Assembly (NCBI RefSeq): GCF_000143415.4
Contig: NW_003314301.1
Location: forward strand, 832,711 to 896,710
Origin: Selaginella moellendorffii
Taxonomy: Eukaryota > Plantae > Lycopodiophyta
Direction: 5' to 3'
DNA length: 64,000 nt
A program made the translations under genes and the position numbers. Numbering within the stretch: the stretch's first letter is position 1; each line of letters begins with the position of its first letter. Under the pieces are notes generated by a model. That model saw only the letters and a list, made by a program, of their open reading frames with translations, did not search any database and was not told where the DNA came from. Positions 50,164 through 61,365 of this stretch are shown here, in pieces.

Positions 50164-53100
50164 ATGGCAAGGGTAGGACGTAAGCGAACCCAAGCAAAGA
50201 CGGAACCTCCTCTAGAGCTGGAGCCTCCGGTCGAACAGGAGGCTATGGATGAGGAATCCTTGCATGAGGAGGACTCCAGTGAGGCAACTTCCAAACAGGA
50301 GTCTGGTGGTGAGGTTCGGTCGTCCAAGGCTCGATTGGACGTTCTAGAAGGACAATTGGCACAGACCAATGCCCTGCTAGAGACTCTCGTACGCAAGCTA
50401 AAGCGTGATGAGAAGCGGAAGAAAAAGCGAAAGACTGCGGATGCTGGCAGCGTAGAAGGTGCGGACCCTTCGGCAGGGACTGAGGCAAAACCAAACAAGG
50501 TCGAACAGACCGAAGTGGAATCAGTCCCTTAGGTAGTTCCCAAGTACAAACCAAAGCCCCCACCGGTCTTCAAGGGAGTGAACGACTATAAGGTGGTGGA
50601 GGATTGGTTTTACGATATGGAGGACTACTTCCGAGCGTTGTGATTACCGAGCTCGGAGAAGGTCCCATGTGCAAAACCATACTTGGCAGATAATGCCAAG
50701 TCTTGGTGGAGAACGACAGAGGCCAACGAAGGACCGGTGGCCACTTGGGAAATGATGAAGGCGAGGATCCGCACAACTTACGTTCCTCCGAATGCTACTT
50801 TGCATCTAAGGGACGAGCTGAGTAGGCTGAAGCAGACCGGAACCATTCAGGAGTATGTGAATGGGTTTATGGCAAAGAGGATACTTGTCACAGACATGGG
50901 GGATATGGATGCGTTCCATGCCTTCATATCAGGTTTGCAAACCTGGGCTCGCGGCGAAGTAATGCGGTGGAACCCGACCAACTACAAGGAAGCGTTGGAT
51001 GCGGCCATCAAGGTGCATTTCAACGATAACCTGCGAAAGGGGAACACGGCGAGGTCGGGATCCACGTTTAGCAAAGGGGCCAAACCAAGGGGAACGTTTA
51101 GCAGAGGGAAATTCAAGAAGAGTTTCTCTAAGAATGAGTCCTCGGGGTTTCGGAAAGGCAAATCCGGTGGCCAGCGAGCGAGTATGTGAGGGAGTCAAGC
51201 GAAAAGAGACAAACCCACGGATAAGAAGGTCAAGTCATATAGCAGTGTGGGAAACAACATATGCTACAACTGCGGTGAAGCGGGACACTTCTCGAGGGAA
51301 TGTCCCTACCCGAAGAAGGCCAGAGCCAATATGGCCATCAAGTCGGGTGAAGTCCAAACTGAGGTATGTGATCCAGTCCCTAACTCAAAGTTACTCATTA
51401 CACGAGCAACTTTGGTAGAGAGTCGTTTGCGACATCTACTAGCCCTCCGAGGGAAGCTCGAAGGTAGCTTTGTTAAGATCCTTATTGACATGGGTGCTTC
51501 GGATAATTTTGTGGCTGCAGACATAGTCCGGCAAGCCGGACTAACGGTGCAGCAGCTAGGTGAACCAAGGACTATAGAGTTTGTTCAAGGTAGCCAAAGC
51601 ACCGATGAGGTACTTCGACAAGCGAGAGTCGAAGTGGGGACTTGGAAGGTGGACATGGATTTCACCGTGTTGGACATGGCAGGATTTGACGTGATCTTCG
51701 GAATGGACTGGTTCAATCGATTCGTGGTAGCCCTGCATGGACAAGGTAGAAACCTTGTGGTACTGGTGAATGCCCAAGGAAGAAGATCTAGGGTGGAGGC
51801 CCAAGATCTAAAGGTAGGGCAAAGCAAGGCCAAAGATTCCTGCTTAAACCTGGTGTCCACGAGAGGACAACTCACTAAAGGAACTAAGGCGGCCTTTTTG
51901 TGCTTACTCTCGGTGAAGAGTGACAAAAAGTCAGGAATGAAAGAAGTACCTTTAGTGATCCAGCGGGTGTTAGACCAATTCCAGGATACCATGCCGGAGG
52001 AGCTACCGGCGGGGCTACCCCCAGCACGACCGATAGAACATAAGATTGAGCTGGTCGAGGGTGCTGAGGCGGTGGTTCGTCCCCCTTATCGTTTGAACGA
52101 AAAAGAACTCAAGGAGCTCAAGTGCCAACTAGAGGAGTTGGTGGACAAAGGGTATGTTAGGTTGAGCAAGTCACCGTATGGGGCACCGGTGTTATTTGTG
52201 AAAAAGAAAGATGGATCTATGCGCATGTGCATAGACTACCGGTTGCTCAACAAGTATACAAAGAAGAACAAGTACCCTTTGCCAGGGATTGAGGACCTGT
52301 TCGATAGGTTGGGAAAGGCAAAATACTTCTCGAGGATTGACCTAAGGTCAGGATACTACCAGATCAGGGTAGCCGAGGAAGATGTCGAGAAGACAACCTG
52401 TCGAACGAGGTATGGGAGCTTTGAGTTTCTGGTGATGCCCTTCGGGCTATGTAATGCGCCGGCAACGTTTTCGGCGCTAATGAACCACATCTTTGTACCC
52501 TATCTGGATCACTTCGTGGTCGTCTATATTGACGACATCCTGATCTATAGCGAGACGCTAGAGGAGCATGCCGAACACTTGGCGAAGGTGTTTGAGAAAC
52601 TAAGGGAACACAAATTGTATGCTAAAGAGAGCAAATGTGACTTTGCTCAATAAGAGGTAAAGTTTCTCGGGCATGTGGTGGGCCAAGACGAGCTCAAGGT
52701 GGACCCAGAGAAGGTCCAAGCAATCCAGGAATGGGAGCGACCATCGAATGTACACGAGTTGAGGGCATTCCTGGGGCTATGCAACTACTATCGAAAGTTT
52801 ATCAGACATTATTCAAGAGTAGCCCTGCCCTTAACGGACCAAATAGGAAAAGGGAAGATGGTGTGGACAGCGGAATGCGAGGCGGCATTCGTCCACCTCA
52901 AAGGGAAGTTGAGGAAGGCTCCCATATTGGCATTACCAGACTTTGGTAAGGACTTTGAGGTAAAAACGGATGCTTCGGACTTTGCGTTGGGCGCAGTTTT
53001 GAAGCAAGGCAACCATCCGGTAGCGTTCTTCTCGAAGAAGTTGGACAAGGCTCAACGGAAGTGGCCTGCCCACGAGAAGGAATTGTTTGCAGTGGTCAAG

Positions 53101-54934
53101 GCGCTCAATGAGTGGCGACACTACCTTGGGAGACACTTCAAGGTTTACACGGACAATGTGGCAACGAAACACTTTTTGTCACAGCCCGACCTGAAAGGGA
53201 AACAAGGTCGGTGGGCCAATGCCTTGGCTGAGTTTGATTGCGAGATTCTGTACAAGCCTGGGAAGAGCAACATCGTGGCGGATGCGCTAAGTCGAAAAAC
53301 GAGCTTGAGGTTGGCAATATCCAGCGCAACAGCAACCTTCTGGGACGATGTGCGGACAGCATATGAGAACGATGGTCTAGCACAAGAAGTGTTGCTGAGG
53401 AATCTAGAGGCGCGGGAAGCTCACCAAAGAGGTGAGCTGCCAATGGAAGAGAAAACGGGCTATGCGGAACGCAACAGACTCATCTATTACAAGCAAACGA
53501 GGGTGTATGTTCCAGAAGGGGAATTAAGGAAGGTGGCCTTAGAAGAGTGTCATGACGGACCTCTTGCGGGACACAGCAGAGTGCCCAAGACGATGGGCTT
53601 ACTCAAGAGGAAGTACCATTGGCCAGATATGGCTAAGGACGTCCAAGACTATGTAAAGACATGTCCAACATGTCAGCAGGTAAAAGCCGTGACTAAGGCT
53701 AGTGGGGCTTGTTGCAAAGCATCCCAATTCCAGATCGTCCGTGGAAATGTCTTACAATGGACTTCATCACGGGACTCCCCCCAAGCGAGGGGTTTGATGC
53801 GATATTCGTGGTGGTGGACCGATTTTCGAAAATGGCACAATTCATACCCACCACAACGGAGGTGGATGCGGAAGGTGTGGCAAAGCTATTCTTTGAACAA
53901 GTGGTTCAAGTGCGGGGAAGACCGGAAGAGATCATCTCAGATCGAGATAAGATCTTCACCAGTAGGTTCTAGAGGACTCTCCTGGAACAGTATCGCACCA
54001 AGTTGAAATTCAGCACAGCCTATCACCCACAGACAGGTATGGGGTATTAAGTCAAGTTGTTGGCACTAACACTTCTTGACAGACGGACAAACAGAAAGGG
54101 TGAATAGGCAGCTGGAGGATTATTTGCGATGCTATGTCTCGGGAGACCAGACCGATTGGGTAAGTCATTTGGGACTTGCGGAAATGTGTTATAACAACTC
54201 ACCACATTCGAGTATCGGGGTGAGTCCATGGGAAGTCATCAATGGGCGAGCTATTGAAGGTCCTGTGGAACTCGGCGTGGCAGAGTATCATGGAGAGTTG
54301 CCCGCAGTGGAGGCATTCACGGCGGAAAGACTCAGCATTTGGAATCTAGTGAGGGATTCCTTGGAACGGGCTCAACAAAGGCAAACCAAATACGCGAACC
54401 AGAAGCGTCGGGATGTAGAGTTCCAAGCTGGGGAGAAGGTGTGGCTGAACACCAAGAACCTCAGACTACCAAGTGGGATCAGCCGAAAGTTGACCCAAAG
54501 GTAAAGATGCATGTATTCCTGTAAATGAATTGATCTTGAGTTCCGTAAGCAGGTTCGCGGGGCCTTACGAGATTGAGGCACGAATCGGTAAAGTGGCTTA
54601 CCGACTCCGACTTCCTCGAGAGATGGGGAAGATGCACCCAGTGTTCCACATGAACTTACTCAAGCCGTACTTTGAGGATCCGCTTCGCAAGGACCAAGTG
54701 AGACCTTTACCTGAGGTTATCCAAGGGGAAGAGGAATACGAAGTTGAGGCCATCCTCAATGCGCGCAAGAGCAAGCAACAAGGACACGAGGTGAGAGAGT
54801 TCCATGTGAAGTGGAAAGGATTTCCACACTGCGAAGCAACATGGGAACCGGAGGAGAACCTAGCGAATGCGCGAGATCTAGTGGAGGAATTTCTGCAAGG
54901 CAGAACTCTATGTACTTATGAAAAATTCAATTAA
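50164..54934 (+). pseudogene. Single-frame gag-pol with chromodomain; 5 in-frame stops, 1 frameshift, 2 putative introns (54037-54082, 54501-54552)
   Basis: [44 protein letters not shown]^DGQTERVN, KLTQR^FAGPYE, EYEVEAIL...VKWKGF...TWEPEENL. Confidence 0.92.
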
Positions 54935-55024
54935 AAATATCAATTTGCAAAGTTGAGCAAGTGGCACATGTTGGGACCCGAAGGCGCGCCGAAGGTAAGC
55001 TAATTAGCATGGGTTGGATAGGTC

Positions 55025-55270
55025 GACCAGGCATAGGGCACTACGCCCGACTCCCTGCGGGGATGTCGAATCCGTAGACGTATTCTACGGAGGTTGGGTT
55101 CGAGTCCCAACCCCCTAGTAAAGCAAGGCTGGGTTCAAGTCCCGACCCCATACTAGGGGGTGGTGAGGTGAGGAGTATAGGGACACCTATATTCCGTTGT
55201 CATGGGCTCTTGGCCGGGGAGGCTAACTTAAGCACACCGCTAAGTGGGGGGATGCCCCCGGAGACATGGT
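55025..55270 (+). ncRNA. Putative structured cis-RNA with tRNA-like T-arm hairpins upstream of the PPT
   Basis: Hairpins TCCGTAGA/TCTACGGA and GGTTGGG-TTCGAGT-CCCAACC; homolog at 57085-57310 with compensatory changes. Confidence 0.5.
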
Positions 55271-57084
55271 CAACAAGTCGTAGGATAAAACGAGACGTTC
55301 GATGTGGGCATCGAACTTCTTCTATGGGTGGTGGAGTTGTAAGGAACCGACTCCCCGAGATGTCATAGGCTAAAGGATCCCCAAAAGCTTGACTGAAATG
55401 ACAAAGAGTTCATCGGATGGGACCAAGTCGAGGATCGAGTCCAAGACCGACTTTAGGACCGAGTTCGAGATAGAGTCCGGAATCGAGTCCGAGACCGACT
55501 CGGGGACCGAGTTCGAGACCGAGTTCGAGACGGAGTCCAAGATCCGAAATCGGGTCCGAGACCAAGTCCGAGGTTGAGTCCGAGGTCGGGTCCGAGATCG
55601 GGTCCGAGATCGAGTCCGAGATCGAGTCCGAGACCGAATCCGAAGTCGGATCTGAAATCGGGTCCGAGATCGAGCCAGAGACTAAGTCCAAATACTAATA
55701 CGGGTCAAGGGGTGAAAGCCCAAAGCGTGCGTCTCCCAAGGGGGGGAGGGGCTGCAGGGGGTTCCAAAAGTATAGTAGGGATAGTGAGGTCCAGGAACCA
55801 ATCTTGAAGGAACTCTCTAGTGGTGCTTCCAAACTGACTTGAGGTTGAGACTGGGGCCAAGGGGCCTTGGGTGGGAGTGAGCATGGGCTTGCCACGGTGT
55901 TTCACCCCGACGTCCCGAAGCAAGTGCTGCACCCAAGACTTGGGATTTAGAGGGTCCCATGATCAAGTCTTGTGGTACCAAGGGGTGTTAGGAATCTGGA
56001 GGCTTGGTGTGCTTGGCTGCTTGTGCCTGCGGTGAGTGTAGCCGAACCTTAAGTCCAGTCTAACCCGGAGAGGGGGATTGGGAGAGATTTGGGAATCCGT
56101 AAATGGATGGCTAACACTCCGTTGCTCGTGCAGTGAGTAGCTGAAACCAAGTAGGACCAAGTAGGAGCTGGTACCATAGGCGGGAACCTTGGCGAGGGAA
56201 CTTAGCACAAACCAAGGCAGAGTTGGTCGGATAGACGAGGTAAGCTGGCAAATTGGAAAGGAAAAATTTGTGGCTTACACATACCCAGATTGAGGAACCA
56301 CTCCCTAGGTTGTTAGGTAGGTTCATCCCCAAGAATACTTGCTAAAGCATGGTAGAAAGTGCAAAGTTATCCTCCTAGTTTGGAGGTGAATAACCGAAGG
56401 AAATGTGTGAGGCTAAAAGCAAGTAGTAAAAGAATAAAACCAAACCATAGGAATCGAAGAGCATAACCAAGGGTGGTTATATTAGTTGGGAGTGGAGAAT
56501 CAAGTGGGCGCTCGAGCATGTTGTTACTAGCAACCATGATGCCATGAAGAGTCTAAAGCATGGAATTGTCCATGCTAGACCATATGGCAATTGGAAAGCT
56601 TGCGAAAGGAGAGGCCTTAGCAAGCTAAGGGACAGAGTTCCTTCAAGATTCCCAAAGACAATTCTAGGTAGTGTAGTACCTAGAAAGCCAAGTGTAAATG
56701 GTTCATAGAATGTGTGAAATCAGAGTGGTGCAGCAAAAGTGTGGTCTTGAAGCTTGCCATAAGGCAATGCTATCAAGGTTGGGGAACTAGTTCCCAAGTG
56801 TTCAAAGGGATAACTTTGAACGAAAGTCGATAGTCAAGAACTTTCATGCTTATGTATGAAACCATGTTACATTGGTCGGATGATTTGTTAAGCGAGAGTG
56901 GCAAGTCAAGGGAACAAATCCCTTAGTTGAAGGTGCTAACTTCAAAAAGGGTGGCCTACGGGGCCAAGCATGGAGGAGTCCATACATGATCATAGACTTG
57001 TCAAGTGAAAGGACTTGGCAATTTGGAGGGACTAAGTTCCTAAGCTATGATCCGTAGCGCGCTTTGGATATAAATTGGTGCACC

Positions 57085-57310
57085 AGCATGGGGAGTCACG
57101 CCAAGCATCTAGGGTGATGCCGTCCGTAGATGCATATACGAAGGTTGGGTTCGAGTCCCAACCCTCTAGTGCTTGGGTTTAAGTCCCAAATCACTAGGGT
57201 GTGGTGATGGTTTGGAATATGAGGACACTCATATTTTGGTGGTCATGGACTCTCAGTGAGGAGATTGGTTTGGGCACACCGCCAAGCTAGGGATGCCTCA
57301 GAGTCGTGAT
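57085..57310 (+). ncRNA. Second copy of the putative structured cis-RNA, in the host non-coding element
   Basis: tccgtag...ggttgggttcgagtcccaacc...ctagtg/cactag...aatatgag/ctcatatt. Confidence 0.45.
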
Positions 57311-57849
57311 GCACGGTTAGATTGTTTAGGGTGAAAGTTGAGCATATCTAACTTGAACGCTTTGGTGCAAGTGGCACTAAGGACGTGGTGAGTGAGATTG
57401 CCCGGGCAGATTGATCTACTGCATAGAAAAGCCAAACAATTCAGATGTCTTTCCAGAAGAACTTCGGTACTCTAAACGTTAGTATGATCGTACCTGGGGC
57501 ATCTCGTGCACGTAGTCCGAGTAGGGGAAGTTTGGACAGTTTTCACCCCGGAACTTGATGTAAACTCGGTCATAGATCCTGTGATTAAACATTTTATCAA
57601 AAATCTTTCTAGAAAAGAAAGGAAACAAAGTGGCTTCTGGGGTGCTGGATGACTTGATGTATATCTGTTTGTTCTTGTCGACAGCCCTGATGGTTATAGA
57701 TCCATAACTTGGACGGATGGGCGACACACAGTGTCCAGCCCTGTTGCTGTGAAGACCATGGCTTGATCATGATTCTTATGGAGTAGACGGGGTTGCGAGG
57801 CAGAAGAGTTGATAGCATGCCTTTCACTCCCGACGATGTTTCATGTGAC

Positions 57850-59205
57850 TACACAACGTTGTGGAGTGTGGGAACGAGTAGTCAGTAACATCTTCTACTT
57901 ACAACATGGTAGGAGGTGCTGGAAAAACACTCCTGACAATGACCAAGTCAAGGTGCATTTCGATCCAGTTTTGTGGCTAACCATTCCTAAGATTATCACA
58001 ACTGCATGCAACATGGTTTGTATTTCCTCTGATGGAAGCAAAGCAACACGAGCTTGCCAAACTAATCAGACTAGAAGGTCGGACCAGCAATGAAACGGGG
58101 CTTGCAGGGAAAAGGTGCTTGCTGGTGTTGGATAATGTCTGGAAATCCGGTCTGTTTGGTGTGGTGGAAGAGACTGGAAGCAAGATCTTTATTACCAGCC
58201 GAAAAATTGATGTGCTTGGCAGCAGAGGTGCAATCAAAACAGAGATGGGGCTCTTGGGAAAAGTTGTTCACAGTCCACGCATTCCCAAACCAGAAACTTG
58301 CTAGTTCAAGTAAGGTAGTAGTGGAGTGAGTTGTGGGCAAGTGTGCTGCTCCTGAAGGTAATTGGCAGAAGAATGGCAGGCACACAAGATTGGGACTATG
58401 TTCTAAGCAAACTGTAAAAATCTGGCTTGTTAAGTCGCCTTGGACGTCGCACTTGAACGTCATGCACTTATCACTGAAGAAAAAGAGCTCTTCCTTTACA
58501 CACCCTGGAACAAATGCCCCTTGGAAGGGTTACCTCAAGGCTGAAAGGTCTCATTCCAGGGAATGCCTTCAGTAACTACAACAAGATTTCACTCGTTGGG
58601 TGTAGAATTTCTGAAAATACCCCCCTACCTATGCAGAACAAGGTCAGAGTTTCAAGCACCACTTGCTTGCTCCCGGATTATAATCCCCATTGCACTCTAA
58701 CTACATTACGGTTTTGTGCCTAAGTAACCCTGGGGTGGTAAGTTTGCCACATAGCATTAGAGAGCTCAAAACTCTAAAGACTATGGATTTGACTTGGAAC
58801 ATAATACTCCAATTCTCCAATGTTTCCCATGCTGACATTGTCAAACCTCTCCCTTGGGAATTGTGAAAAATTGATTGGGGTTCCTTGAAATCTCCTCTTC
58901 TGCATCTTGTTCCTTCCAAATCTAAAGACAATTTGCATAGGTTACTGTGACGGAGTGACCACCCTCAACATATACGAGTGCATTAGAGACGTGTTGAAGT
59001 CGTGAATTTTGGTTCAGTGGCGAGTTCCCCTTAAACAAACATTGCGTTATTCACCAGCTTCCAAAATGGTACACATCATTCACGAGCTCTGGAATTGAGT
59101 TATCCAAAACTTTCCTTCAGTTGACTCCCCGTATGTTTGACTGTTTGTTGAACTTTGAAAATGTTTTCATGTCTAAAAGATTTGGAATATTGGCGCCACA
59201 TCTCA
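57850..59205 (+). pseudogene. Heavily deleted NB-ARC-LRR pseudogene
   Basis: Paralog of 30270-31560; retains a degenerate P-loop (ggaggtgctggaaaaaca). Confidence 0.88.
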
Positions 59206-59207
59206 GA

Positions 59208-60689
59208 CTAACGAAGCTTGGGAACAACGGGAAGTCCATCTTTCATGATCAGCGTCATGTTGATACCGTAGCAAGGCTCTTCTTTTCCCACCACCACAAG
59301 CTCAAACTTTGGTACCAGAGCCGCCACCACATACTTCATCTGTAGCATGGCCATCTCTTTGCCCAGACACACTCTCGGCCCGGCCTGAAACACCGGAAAC
59401 TTGAATGGACTCACCTCGACGAACTGGCCATCCTGGATCCATCTCTCGGGCTTAAACTCGAGGCAGTCCTTCCCCCACAAGCTCTCCATCCTTCCCATAG
59501 CGTAGACGTGATACGATACCTTCATCCCCTTCTCCACACAATTACCATCCGGGAGAACGTCCGAGTTCTTCACGACCTTTGTGTCAATCGGTACTGGGGG
59601 ATAGAGCCTCATTGATTCGCACAGAGCTGCTTGCAAGTAGACCATGTCCCGAAGCTCTTTGTAAGTGAATGGCCTGTTTGACCCTTTCGTACTCCCGACT
59701 TCCCTGATGATTTCCTGCTGAACACCTGGATGATTCGAGAGCAGCCAGAAGAACCACGAGAGTGACACCGCTATTGTGTCCTTGCCGGCGAGCACGAAAC
59801 TTATGATGATATCCCGCAAAAACTCGTCAGAGAAGCTCGTCGAGTCGAGTCCAATGAACCTCGAGAGCAAGTCCTGGTTGACCCTTCCTTTTTCTTCTCG
59901 CCGCTTCTGGACCACTGACACTGCAAACTCGTTCACCACATCCAGCACCTCCTTGAGTTCTCTTTCCGGTCCAACGTTGAGAGCTCGCATTAATTTCCAC
60001 ACCAGAGGATGGATCTTTTGGAACCGCAGCGTGCTAAGCGTCGTTGCCTTGTCAAATGCCTGCGCGAACTTCACCTCCGGAAACGATGGATCCAAGCACG
60101 CCGGATCAACACCGAAAGAGAGCTTGCAAATGTTGTCGAAGTTAAACCTCATGAACAAGTCCTGTAAGTCGATCTCCTTCCCGTCCCGGGAAACACTGGC
60201 AAGAGTTGGAAGTAACCGGCTGTGAACTTCGTCCGCCAGGGAATCCATGAGGAACTCCCTCAGTGACCTCGTTGTGAACTCGAAGCTCGCAAGTCTCCTC
60301 TGAATCTTCCACAGCTCCCCGTCGACATTGAAAATACCATCTCCCAGCAAGTCGGTCAGGCTCTGCCTCAGGTGTTCTCCCTTGGGATAATTCTCAAAGT
60401 TGGTCTTCAAGATGTGCTCCACAGTTGCGGGATTGCCAGTGATTTTGAAAGTGCTGCCAAACCTCCCAGTGGTGAAAGTATTGGAGGGAGAGTTGATCAC
60501 ATACTCTGTCGACCACTCCAGAAACCTGTGGCTGTTGCGAAGGAAGTCGAACACATTCCCAACCACTGGATAAAGTACTGGACCGCCTGTTCGTTGCGAG
60601 TCGGCTCTTGATTGAATCGTCCTCCGGACTATCCAGCCCACCGCTGCCGCAAGAACAAAGCTCAAGCTCCACAACATACCTTGGTTCAT
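59208..60689 (-). CDS. Cytochrome P450, CYP94-like, 493 aa
   Basis: Near-identical to 31564-33051; all core motifs present. Confidence 0.93.
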   Translation of the reverse strand: MNQGMLWSLSFVLAAAVGWIVRRTIQSRADSQRTGGPVLYPVVGNVFDFLRNSHRFLEWSTEYVINSPSNTFTTGRFGSTFKITGNPATVEHILKTNFENYPKGEHLRQSLTDLLGDGIFNVDGELWKIQRRLASFEFTTRSLREFLMDSLADEVHSRLLPTLASVSRDGKEIDLQDLFMRFNFDNICKLSFGVDPACLDPSFPEVKFAQAFDKATTLSTLRFQKIHPLVWKLMRALNVGPERELKEVLDVVNEFAVSVVQKRREEKGRVNQDLLSRFIGLDSTSFSDEFLRDIIISFVLAGKDTIAVSLSWFFWLLSNHPGVQQEIIREVGSTKGSNRPFTYKELRDMVYLQAALCESMRLYPPVPIDTKVVKNSDVLPDGNCVEKGMKVSYHVYAMGRMESLWGKDCLEFKPERWIQDGQFVEVSPFKFPVFQAGPRVCLGKEMAMLQMKYVVAALVPKFELVVVGKEEPCYGINMTLIMKDGLPVVPKLR

Positions 60690-61029
60690 GCTGAAAGCCC
60701 AGAAAAAGAGTGACGCATGTCAGTCGCCCTGACCAGTTGAAAACCCAAGTCACAAGGGAAGAAAAGCCAGCCAAAGAAAAAGATTCGAAGAAGCTACTTT
60801 GCCATACGATAAGAGACACGGCAGTCATTTGAGACGGTGCGTACCAGTGGATCTGAAAGTCACCAAGTCAAGTCATTACAAAAGAAATCTAGATTTCTAG
60901 TACCTTGCTGAAGTTTGGAATGACCCATGTTTTCTGTTGAGAGCTCTTCTATTTCCTCCACCCGAAATTCAATTTTGGTACCGGAGTTGCTTCATCGTCT
61001 TGACTCTCGGCTCAGCCAGAAACACTAGA

Positions 61030-61280
61030 AACTTGAATGGACTCGCACTGATCCATCTCTCGGCCTTAAACTCGAGGCATTTCTTATCTTCTCCATCCGG
61101 ACGACTGTAGTATCATATGGGAGGATACAGCCTCACAAAGCTGCTTGCGAGTAGAGCTCGTCGTAAGAGAATTTACCTTCGCCAGTATACTCTGATAATT
61201 TCTCACGGGTTGAAAGCACCCAGAAGAACCAGGAGCAGTTGTGTCCTTCCCGGCCAGCAAGAACTGATGACGATTAACTC
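61030..61280 (-). pseudogene. Degraded CYP94-like fragment
   Basis: Paralog of 33390-33620. Confidence 0.65.
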
Positions 61281-61365
61281 GAGTTTTGTCAGAGGTTCTA
61301 TGTTCTATTTACTGAAAGAGCAAGTCGTTCAAATCAAGGAGTGAATTCTTAGAAACTGGAGTTGC

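Larger units (their letters stand above)
48935..56279 (+). mobile_element. Full-length Ty3/gypsy chromovirus: 5' LTR 48935-50104, PBS tRNA-iMet 50108-50120, PPT ~55326-55336, 3' LTR 55338-56279, TSD CATAC
   Basis: Both LTRs run TGTAAGGAACC...TGGCTTACA; catac at 48930-48934 and 56280-56284; tggtatcggagcc after the 5' LTR. Confidence 0.96.
46609..57398 (+). mobile_element. Non-coding (LARD-like) LTR-element fragment: partial long LTR 46609-~48630 plus non-coding internal region (48630-48934, 56285-57398), hosting a nested chromovirus
   Basis: Absent from the paralogous unit (29795-29835 is contiguous); homologous to the 1-3282 repeat; flanked by a 37-bp duplication. Confidence 0.7.

Noticed and set aside
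53680-53702. Third intron in integrase (gtaaaag...ctag)
   Set aside because: Only 23 nt, and removal deletes conserved residues; a 1-nt deletion explains the frameshift.
55060-55120. Bona fide tRNA gene
   Set aside because: T-arm present but no convincing acceptor stem or D-arm/anticodon spacing; reported as a tRNA-like structure instead.
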